From Candidatus Omnitrophota bacterium (GTDB taxonomy: Bacteria > Omnitrophota > Gorgyraeia > Tantalellales > Tantalellaceae): a stretch of 52,775 bases of DNA. The first letter of the stretch is position 1, and the number at the start of each line of letters is the position of its first letter. The position numbers and the translations under genes are program-made. Shown piece after piece: positions 1 through 9,500 of this stretch. The stretch covers positions 1-52,775 of the forward strand of contig SLID01000091.1 in NCBI GenBank assembly GCA_007135805.1, in the 5' to 3' direction. The notes below the pieces were generated by a model. That model was not told the origin of the DNA and did not search any database. It was given only the letters and a program-made list of their open reading frames with translations.

Positions 1-96
1 CGTATACACAGATTATACCATTTTACCAAAAAGGTTTAACCCATAATCCGGGTTAACGCTGAAACGGGACATTTTCAGAACACGGCTATCTTACTG

Positions 97-1428
97 TCAA
101 AGGCCTTCTCGCCTTATTCTTCGCGACAGATAATAAACAGGGAAGCCTCCAGCCGTTATGGCCAGCCCCACAAGTGACGGATAAGGATGTGAAAAGAAAG
201 TTACAACCGCCAAAGCGGCGGATATTAAGGCGAACAAAACAGGTATAACAGGATAACCCCACGCGCTATAGGGCCTCACAAGGGCCGGATATTTCCGGCG
301 TAACACAAAAAGTCCCGCGGCCGCTAAAGCGAAAAATGACCATAGAAGAAACCCCGTGAAAAAGAGAAGCATGCCGAATGTGCCCCAGATAACAAGCGCT
401 ATTGACCATAAAGAAGTTACCATAACGGCAATATATGGCGCTCCCGAACTTTTTCCTATGCGGTTCATGCTCTTTAAAAGAGGGTTATCACACGCCACAG
501 CATATGTTATCCGGGACCCTGTCATTATCATGGCGTTTATCGCGGCCACTGAAGCGACCACAACCACCGCTTCCAGGGCTTTCCTGCCATACCTTCCGCA
601 AATTATCTGAAAAACCCGGGCCCCGATAAGCTCGGTCTTTTGTATCTCAGCAACCGGAAAAAGATACACATACAGTAAGTTCGCGGCCACATACAAAAAA
701 GTCACCGCCAATATCCCTGTAATGAGAGAAAAAGGCAGTGTTTTTCCGGCATTCTTCGTTTCCCCTGCCACGAAAACACTCTCATGCCACCCCCCGTAAG
801 TCCAGAGAACCGGGATCAAGGCAAGAAGGAACATAACGGGGCCGCCGCGCCCAGGAACCTCGCCGGAAGACCGTAAATGCGCGAAGTCTCCCGCTCCGGA
901 CATAAAACCCAGTATTATCATAGCTACGAGAGCGGCAACCGTGACCAGCACCAATACGCTCTGGACATTTTTACCGTACCTTAGTCCGGCCGCGTTAATG
1001 ATGCCAAAGGCGGCAATAAAGAAAACGGCCGTCCCCGTAACAAAAACGCTGCCGACGCCAAGAAAAGAAATAAGATGCTCTGAAAGTATATACGCGACCG
1101 CGGCTATTGAACCGGTCCGTATGACCAGTATCTCGGCCCAAGCGAAAAGGAACGCTGTCAACGAGCCGTAACTTTCCTTAAGATAAACGTATGTCCCCCC
1201 GGTTCTTGGAAATGACGCGGAAAGCTCGGCGTAGCACAATACCCCGGTAAGAGAAATAAATCCCCCCGCGGCCCATGCGAGAAGCATCATCCCGGGCGAC
1301 GACAAATATTGGGCCACTTCATAAGGGGTCCGGAAAATACCCACCCCTATAACTATGGCTATAACAATGGCGACAGAGTCCCATCGACCCAGAACTTTTT
1401 TCATGCCCGCTCTTTCCGCGTTATTCAC
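97..1428 (-). CDS. APC-family amino acid permease
   Basis: 443-aa strongly hydrophobic ORF with many TM-length segments. N-terminal helix IVIAIVIGVGIFRTP is typical of amino acid/polyamine/organocation permeases. Confidence 0.8.
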   Translation of the reverse strand: MNNAERAGMKKVLGRWDSVAIVIAIVIGVGIFRTPYEVAQYLSSPGMMLLAWAAGGFISLTGVLCYAELSASFPRTGGTYVYLKESYGSLTAFLFAWAEILVIRTGSIAAVAYILSEHLISFLGVGSVFVTGTAVFFIAAFGIINAAGLRYGKNVQSVLVLVTVAALVAMIILGFMSGAGDFAHLRSSGEVPGRGGPVMFLLALIPVLWTYGGWHESVFVAGETKNAGKTLPFSLITGILAVTFLYVAANLLYVYLFPVAEIQKTELIGARVFQIICGRYGRKALEAVVVVASVAAINAMIMTGSRITYAVACDNPLLKSMNRIGKSSGAPYIAVMVTSLWSIALVIWGTFGMLLFFTGFLLWSFFALAAAGLFVLRRKYPALVRPYSAWGYPVIPVLFALISAALAVVTFFSHPYPSLVGLAITAGGFPVYYLSRRIRREGL

Positions 1429-1481
1429 TTTCGCCTCTCCCCGCCTTTTTTGTCATATGCATTCCAATGTCATTCAGCTCA

Positions 1482-1838
1482 TCACGCCAAAAGAAGCATC
1501 ACACCCATAAGAAGGATAATAAACGCCCATATCCTGAAAAAACTGAGCGGCCTTTTTTCAAGCCATATCGATAACGTTTCAGAACTTTTTGTCGTTATCA
1601 GCATTATAACCTTTATCGTGATAATAAGGCCGGCGACTCCCGCTATCTTGGCGGGTATACCCTGCGCCCTAAAAGCGCTTCCCATAACAAGTACCGCGAA
1701 TACAAGGATAAACGCGTAAACGATAAATCTCATCCTGATATTTATCCGACGCCTCAGACGGTTCTTACACCCTTGCGGATTAATTATCCCCAGAACTCCG
1801 AATAATATGGCTATGACTCCCGCTATACTGGCAAGCAC
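1482..1838 (-). CDS. small integral membrane protein, function unknown
   Basis: 118-aa ORF with about 4 hydrophobic segments. GTG start is preceded by GGGAGG about 10 nt upstream. No recognisable motif. Confidence 0.5.
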   Translation of the reverse strand: MLASIAGVIAILFGVLGIINPQGCKNRLRRRINIRMRFIVYAFILVFAVLVMGSAFRAQGIPAKIAGVAGLIITIKVIMLITTKSSETLSIWLEKRPLSFFRIWAFIILLMGVMLLLA

Positions 1839-1927
1839 CGCTAATACACCTCCCTAAAGGGATCAATTTCGCCGCTACCGCGTCCCAAAACGCCAAACCG
1901 CGAAGACCTCTCAATTTCCTAAACCCG

Positions 1928-1936
1928 ATTATACCA
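1928..1936 (-). promoter_or_regulatory. extended -10 promoter element (TGGTATAAT on minus strand) upstream of the 118-aa membrane protein gene
   Basis: Minus strand reads ATGGTATAATC. A weak -35 (TTCATA) lies 17 nt upstream. The same 11-mer recurs at 11-21 and 18729-18739. Confidence 0.4.
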
Positions 1937-2047
1937 TTCTGGAACGTTTATATGAAGAGGATGTCCATTAAGATACGAAATAAACTCGAACTTTTTGGGA
2001 TTTAATTCGATGACATATTTCACCGCGATAAGAATAGACCGCGCTTA

Positions 2048-3322
2048 TCAATCATCAGTTCTTTCATCTATCGGAATATCCAGAAGCCTGGGAGCGGTAT
2101 ATCTTATACCGAGAAGACCTAATGGCGCGGTCAGGCATATAGATAGAACAGCTATCGACAGTATAACCGCTCCGTTATCCACCCCTGACAAAAGCGGGAT
2201 AGCTCCCAGGGCCGCTTGAACGGTCGCCTTCGGCACATAAGCAACGGCGCAGAAAACCCTTTCTTTTGAGCTGAATCTTGTCCCGAGTAAAGCGATAAAA
2301 ACACCGCAGGACCTGAAAATAATACCTGTCGCGATGATCAAAACTCCTATTAAGCCGGCTCTAATAGCGACATTTATATCGACCGCCATACCTATAAGTA
2401 CAAACAATATTATCTCGGCAAAGATCCATATTTTGGCCAGCTTTGAAGCCAGTTCATGGGCAACAATTTCACTTTTTTCAAGCAGCACAAATCCCATTGT
2501 CATTACCGCGAGGAGCGCCGCGATGTGTGTCCAATTGCCAAGTTGAACTAAAAACACGGAAAACCCCAGAAGAAGAATTATTTTTTCTGTAGCCCTTATC
2601 TTATTGAAATGTTTTTTAAAAAACCATGACAGAAAAAGACCCGCGCAAATACCGGTTATAACACCCAGTATAATAGCATAAGGGATCATAGCCGCCGACC
2701 TGAGGTAACTTACCTTGCCACCCAGGTAAATATTTAAAAACACCGTAAAAATTGATATTGCCGCTATATCGTCCAATGATGCCCCGGCTAATACCATTGT
2801 GGGAACTTCATTTCGTTTTCCATACCCCTGCTCCTTAAGGGTTAACATAGAGGGGACCACGACCGCGGGTGATACCGCCGCGAGAATAAAGCCCATCATA
2901 CCCGCCTCCGGCCATGAAAATGACAGCAAGTACCGGCTTGCGACCGCCACGATCACTCCCTCAAAAAGACACGGGATAAAAGCCATCTTGATCGCCGATC
3001 TTCCGACCCTTTGCAGAACATCTTTCTGTATGCCCAGTCCCGCCCTCAAAAGGATGGTAATAAGCGCCAATGATTTAAGAAAAGGGGCCATTTCCCAGAT
3101 AACCGGCGGGAAGTACTCCCTGAAGAAAAAAGCGAGTGTAATTCCCCATATCGTCATACCAAAAATAGACGGTAATTTAGCTTTTTGGGCAAGCCGCCCG
3201 CTAAACCATCCTCCGATCACTATTAAGACCACCAGTATGTTCAGTGACATAAAATACCCCTTCGCGCGGATATAAAAAAACCCAACAGAAAGAACTCCCA
3301 CCAAAATAACAGTAGGAGTCAT
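2048..3322 (-). CDS. cation:proton antiporter (Na+/H+ exchanger family)
   Basis: 424-aa polytopic membrane ORF. Overall layout and segments such as LAGASLDDIAAISIF and FVLIGMAVD resemble the sodium/hydrogen exchanger family. Confidence 0.75.
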   Translation of the reverse strand: MTPTVILVGVLSVGFFYIRAKGYFMSLNILVVLIVIGGWFSGRLAQKAKLPSIFGMTIWGITLAFFFREYFPPVIWEMAPFLKSLALITILLRAGLGIQKDVLQRVGRSAIKMAFIPCLFEGVIVAVASRYLLSFSWPEAGMMGFILAAVSPAVVVPSMLTLKEQGYGKRNEVPTMVLAGASLDDIAAISIFTVFLNIYLGGKVSYLRSAAMIPYAIILGVITGICAGLFLSWFFKKHFNKIRATEKIILLLGFSVFLVQLGNWTHIAALLAVMTMGFVLLEKSEIVAHELASKLAKIWIFAEIILFVLIGMAVDINVAIRAGLIGVLIIATGIIFRSCGVFIALLGTRFSSKERVFCAVAYVPKATVQAALGAIPLLSGVDNGAVILSIAVLSICLTAPLGLLGIRYTAPRLLDIPIDERTDD

Positions 3323-3420
3323 CAGCCTATTGGGCAGTTAAAGGCGAACTCCATCGCCTTATTGATAATATCACAAACTACCTGTCTCTTAAACAAAAAA
3401 TTCTAGTGGATCATGGGAAT

Positions 3421-3547
3421 AAATAATGGGGACGGTTCTTATTTTACGCTATTGAAACTACATTTGTTGCGTGAACACTCTTTTTTCTTTATGTGTGCAT
3501 TTACATCATATTTAGTTTCTTTATAAGGACTTGCCGAACACGTCTGA
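3421..3547 (+). repeat. 127-bp dispersed direct repeat, copy 1 (ends about 20 nt downstream of the giant gene stop)
   Basis: AAATAATGGGGACGGTTCTTATTTT...TTTATAAGGACTTGCCGAACACGTCTGA aligns over its full length, same orientation, with 12587-12713 and 16024-16150. Confidence 0.9.
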
Positions 3548-3568
3548 TTACATTTGTATAGGTCTTTG

Positions 3569-6500
3569 TTACGCCGCTTGCAACAGCCTTATGTATCCTA
3601 GATACCTTTCCCTTAACATCTCGTATAGTATTACCTCTACTACCGGCATGAAAACGATCATGTTATTTTCAATGTCAATTGTATCAACCAAAGATGACCC
3701 ACTTATGTCTACGCCTACCGACGCCTCTAAAGTAAGTGTTATCATCTCGATAATACTGATATATAATTGTTCATTCATGCACTCTTTATATTGCGCTCTC
3801 AATTGCGTAGCGTCTATTCCTGCAATAAACGGTCTTTCATAGCCCTTCCCATCTCTTATCACTGCAAAACTTTCAGCTTCAACCACACTCTTATCCGCAA
3901 GTATTATCACGTTGCCGAACGTTGTATCTTTCATGCCGGAACCTTGTTCTGATTTCATCGCGTCCAATACTTCCCCCGCCAAGGAATCTCCTTCGGACAG
4001 CACTACTTTTACATTTTTAAACCCAAGTTTTCTTAGAATATTTTCCAGCCCAGCCAATTCTCTTAAAAAAGGGGCCATAAGATTATGCTGCAAATCCCCT
4101 TTGCCCATTCCCGGTATCCAACTTGTATCAAGACCTATTACTATCCTCTGATCCATTCTTTTTGCCGAACGTGCTTTTACTATCGCCGAAGCCACTATGC
4201 TATCTATGTACAGTCTGCCTACGTTTGCTTTCATTATATCTATTTGACGTTTTATATCCTTTTCTTCACCTCGTTCTTCAATTAACCCCATCACCGCCAA
4301 AACTATTTTTTCAACTCCGTCTTCAGCTCGGATATATCCGCTTGTTGACACTTCATTATATGCTCTTATAACTTGGGCCTGTCGGTTATTAAGATAACTC
4401 TCATAAGATCTGTCGACGCCAACGGGAGTTAATCTGACCGCATAAAACATTTCTGAATATAATGGCCTTGTGAATTCTAAAGATCCAATGATTTCCCAAT
4501 CATAATCAACCACACCCCTTAGAGACTCCATAACATCTATTAGATTTTTTTCGTTATAATCATTTCTTGAAGAGTACCCTATTATTATCTCCCCACTACT
4601 GCTTAAATAGTGTGGTGCTTCTTGTAAAAAATAGCGCAGAAAACTCTGATCAGGATCGCTCAAGGCTTTTCCAAGCTCCCCCGACATAGTGCTTGCTCCC
4701 CAGGGCGGGTTCACTATAATTGTGTCAAATCTTTCCGATCCATCTAACGCCTCGAAAAACCTTCCCTCCATCCCATCGGTAACCTCTCTGATATCTACTT
4801 TATCCTCAACACCATATTTCCTGGTGTTTATCCGCGATAATTCGCAGGCATGTTTATTTATATCTACACCCACAACCTTATCAGCATTTCGTAATGCCGC
4901 AACTATACCCAAAACTCCCGTTCCTGAACCGATATCCAGAAATTTTTCCCCTTTCATCGATGGTATAATGCTTGCTAATAAACCTGTCATCTGATAATGA
5001 ATAACCGGATTAAACACCCTATTATCCAACATTAACCCGTCTATTTCCGGTATCCCGATATTCCGGCTTGTTAATTGCCCTCTCCTGTCAAAAATGGCCT
5101 CAAATGGTTCATTTTTTTCGTCCTCTAAAATCCTTGGTATTTCACTCAGACTAAATGAATTTGTTTGGACTGATAAAAGGACCTTCTTTACAGTTATCGA
5201 GCTTTTTTTATTGACATCAATTTCATTGAAACAAAATTTTGTGGCTTTCTGCAGATCATCGATGTTGGCATTATTGTGTGAGGGGTACTGATCGATAAAG
5301 ACCAGATCATCGTTCCCGGATTCTATGTCCCAGGAAAGCATCAATAAATATTTAATTGCTGCATCAAGGTCCATTTTTGACATCAATTCGTTATGCTCCG
5401 GGTCACTGATCTGTTCTAAACGTCTACTAAGGGCCCACAGCATTTTTGCTCCCTTCTCGCTGGTTCTCAATAAATCAATTTCCTGATTAACTGCCTCATA
5501 AGACGCACCTGTAAAACTTGCTATCTTTAAAACAACCTGATCAAAAACCTTTTCTCGTTGCTTATACATTGCATTTTGAGGGTCTGGGTACGTCTTCGAG
5601 ACCTTTTGCGCAGATGTTATATGCCGACACTCTGAGTGGCTCGGTTCGACTGCTCGCCACTTAATAAGTTCATTCCCCTTTGATTTCCAATATTCCTCAA
5701 TTTTAGGTTTGGGAATGCGTAATTTAGGGTTCCTGAACTTTATCTGTTCCTGTACTCGCATAAAAGTTCTATTCAATATATCTTTCCTGTCTTCCCCTGA
5801 AAGATCTGGTTCCAGATCAAGCCAATCCCTGTATTGATCCCAGTCTAAATACAATCCCTTTGCCGAATCCATCAGCACTTTTATCACTAATAGGTCGGAA
5901 TAGTAAAGCGCCATGGCTTCTCTGTATACATTATTGCTCGCCTTGCCATCTCCACGGCTATACTTAAGCAACTCGAATAATTCCTTGAGGTACCCCGCTC
6001 TTATTGTTAGGTGCTTGAAAAGAGCTGCTTCCAATTTGTGATTATCTTTCCCGCTGTATGCTGAAACCATGTCCCCTAAGAGATGATAGTACTGTCCCCT
6101 TAAGTTGCCCAACACATAATGCGCCTTGCTTTGGATCTCGCAACTTACTTCTCCTTCTCGTCGTATTTCTTGTATACCAAAAATTATAGGCTTGTTCCCG
6201 CTATGCCAGGCATCAAATATGCGCGACAACCTACCGACCCTTTGATCGATGAAGTCAGTCGCCCTAAAGGCCAATGCTTCTGTTCTTTCCTCTCCAAGTA
6301 TTCCTTCCTCCTTTGCAAGTGAAGTCAAAGGGCTTGTCTCATAAAAAGTCACTCTTGCAAAAGGAAAACGTATGTATTCTGACAGCCGTGCCGTTTCAAT
6401 AAATTTTATACCTTCTTCGAGCTCATCAAAAGACATGAAGGGATCAAAAAGAACCATTCCCAGTTTTATGTTCTCGATCCCCACTTCTTCCAAAACCCTT

Positions 6501-9500
6501 ATGGCTCCCTTAACTTCTTCTTTAGTTGTTCCCTTCCTGAACCTTGCGCTTTGTTTATCGCTACCGAAATCTCCTCCTATATTAACTACTTTTAAACCGG
6601 CTTCCTTCAGTAACTTCAGCGTTTCTATCTTAGCCTGTCTCACTTCCTCAGTATCTCCTTGTCGATAAACACTATGTACGCGTAGATAGGCAAAAAAGGT
6701 AAGGTTGTTTTTTGCCTCTATTTTCCTTCTTGCAAATTCTTTATATATGTCCAGATCGCTCGCTTTTTTTGCATTGGGTCCCATAAAATCAGAATCAGTA
6801 AATTCAAAATGCGTGGCCCCCATTTCTTGCAGAGCGTCTAACTCCACAAGCAGATCATCTAAAGATTTATGGCGCCATTCCCGTTTTTGACATGTCCACA
6901 TTGAACAAAATGTGCATTTCCCCCACGAACAGCCTCTGCTAAATTCGGCATACACAACACCTTTACGCTTTAATGTTTCTGTGGCACTCTGTCTGTCGGG
7001 TAACGGTAATCTTGCAAAATCTAATGTGTCACTCACAGGATTAAGGACAACTTGGCCACGGTCTTTATCCCAATATGCCGTGTTTGAAATTTCACCTATT
7101 TCCTTATCTCCTCTCACAAATGAAACAAGATCCCGGCTTGCTTCTTCTCCCTCTCCGACTACAACCATCACATCTTCATGTTTACGGACTATTTCCTCAT
7201 ATGCCGTGGCTCCGGTGACATTTCCCACGACGAACAATGTTCCTTCTTCTTTAAATGACTTGTATTTGTTCCGCTTTTCAAGTATCTCCATCATTTGCGC
7301 ATATGTCAGGACCTTAGCCGATAATCCAATTATCTCTGGCGGATCAACAGATAATCTTTGCAGCACCTCATCGACATTTCTTTCAAATTGCAGATCAACA
7401 AGATCTACCTCCACTTTGTCTTGAAATTGCTCTTTTAAGTAAGTCTTTATTACGCTTGGCCCCAGCGATTCTGCGTAAAAAATGTATCTATCGTGAAACA
7501 AACTTATAATCGTAAAGCGTATGGCCTGACTTTTGGATACCTGGGGTTGTTCCCTTACATCATGAACGCTGTCAGGTATTTCTATGTGGCTTCTGGGTTT
7601 TTGTGCCATTGTGCTTTTACCCTGCAGAGAAGACATCCTACTTATTGAAAGACCCAATATTAGAGCCAAATCGGCTGCCATTAACAATCGTCCAATAAGT
7701 AGCGGAAAACCCATTTCGACAAGCAGTATCCCCAATGCGAAGAGGACTCCGACCTGCATGAATTTGATCCCATCTCCTATTTTTCGGCCTATATTATCCA
7801 TAAACCGCCTTGACTCGATCTTAATCGCCTTCTTCACAGCTTCCCTATCTTCATCTGTTTGGAGCGCTTCTGCGATCGTTTCGAATGCTCGATTTTGCTC
7901 GGTTAGCATGCACATTGGAGGACACCGCTTTTCTAGACCTTCCTGCTTCATGAAATCGATCACATCACGCCTTCTCTGACTTTGCCATATCTCATCTAAG
8001 GTCTGTGATTTTAGATTACCGTACACAGCAGCCGGATCGAGTCCATGCTCAACGCAGTGATAAACATTCCCATCTGAGCCTATAAAAGTCAGCCAAGGGC
8101 AAGCCCGGCACTGGTTAAATCCCTTCTTTATTTCATCCATCGCTTCTATGCGTGTTTTTGGGTAGAAAATACTAAGGCCGTTTATCCTGTCTTCAATATA
8201 TGGCCTAATTCTAAACTCCAGATCATCCATTGCTGCCTGAAAAATATATGCCGGGAATTGCTCAGCATCGTATGTGAATCTATAATAATCATCGTAATAC
8301 CTATTAAGATCCGGATGTGTCCTTATGTATTCTAGACAATCTGCTGTTTTGGTGTTCTCTAACTGTACCCCTCTTAAATATCGAACCGCGGGTCTATACC
8401 AAATATGTTGTAAAGCCCCAGGATGCCTATCCGCAATAGCCTGTATGAGCCTTGCTATTTCCATAAGTTCTCTAAAATTTAACGGCGTTATTATCACCCC
8501 TACTCCAAGACCCAATTTTTTCCCAAACTTTTCTTTTGCCGCAGCTATCTTTTCTACGTTTTCCAATGCCCTGTAAAACATTGTCTCAGGAACACCAAAA
8601 AAGTGTTTATACGTTATGGGCCTTCCAGCATTAAAACTTATACGTATGAATTTAAGACCGACGTTGACCATACGTTCAGCTATTTGATCCGTGACCAAAT
8701 GAGCTTCAGTAAATAAGCCAGTGGCCAACCCTCTCCCACGCGAAGCATACTCAATGCCTTCGAACAAGTTTTTATTAAACAGGGGATCTCCTCCGCCCGT
8801 GAAAGTAATGCTTTGCACCCCGGCATCGGCCAATCTATCGATATAAAGTTTCATATCGTCAAAAGCCATCACATACCGGCTCTTATCTTTGCATCTCGAA
8901 ATTTCATCTTTGCTGCGCCCATAGGTGCAAGTAAGGCAATTGGAGGGGCATCTTTCTGAAGGCACGAACTGGGCATTTACCGGCATGATATCGTCAAATC
9001 TTCCCTGTGCTACCAATTCTGCTCTGTCTGGGAATGCCAACCATTTACCGGTTGACATGTTCCCGTAAGTAGAGGCATTGTGCAGCAACCCTCTGACTTG
9101 TTCCAGGGGATTTTCTTCGGGTTTTTGTTCTGTCTGAAGATCCCGAGTTTCTTGCCCCCTTACCCTCGTTTCATCCTCCCTGGGCGGCCTCCTATTGTCT
9201 TCGGGGTCATTTTGCCCTATCGTTTGGCCAATTAGCGTTTGCGTCAATCTGCAACCGTGAGCACATTCGGGCAGTGGATCGCTAAAAAAGTTAACCCTCT
9301 CTGATAGTAGCTCCTGAAGAGAGGTCTCTTCGATCCTGCCATATGAGTGTTCGGAGGCAGCTGCCTGTATTCTACACGGATAAATATTTCCATCAGCTCC
9401 GATCAAAGCGTGTCCTTTCGCCAAGGGACAACTATCTACTTTAGATACCTCCCTTAGGGGAAGCTTTGCTTCATATATTTCTTTCGGCAGAATAAATCCG

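Noticed and set aside
3421-3547. Reading the 127-bp repeat as a real small CDS (minus-strand frame ...CVQTCW(V/S)SPYKETKYDVNAH(I/V)KKREC(S/L)RNK...K*).
   Set aside because: None of the three copies has an in-frame start codon or SD, and copy 2's frame would run back into the SDR gene. Substitutions are not clearly third-position biased. It is kept only as a possible relic of a gene 3' end.
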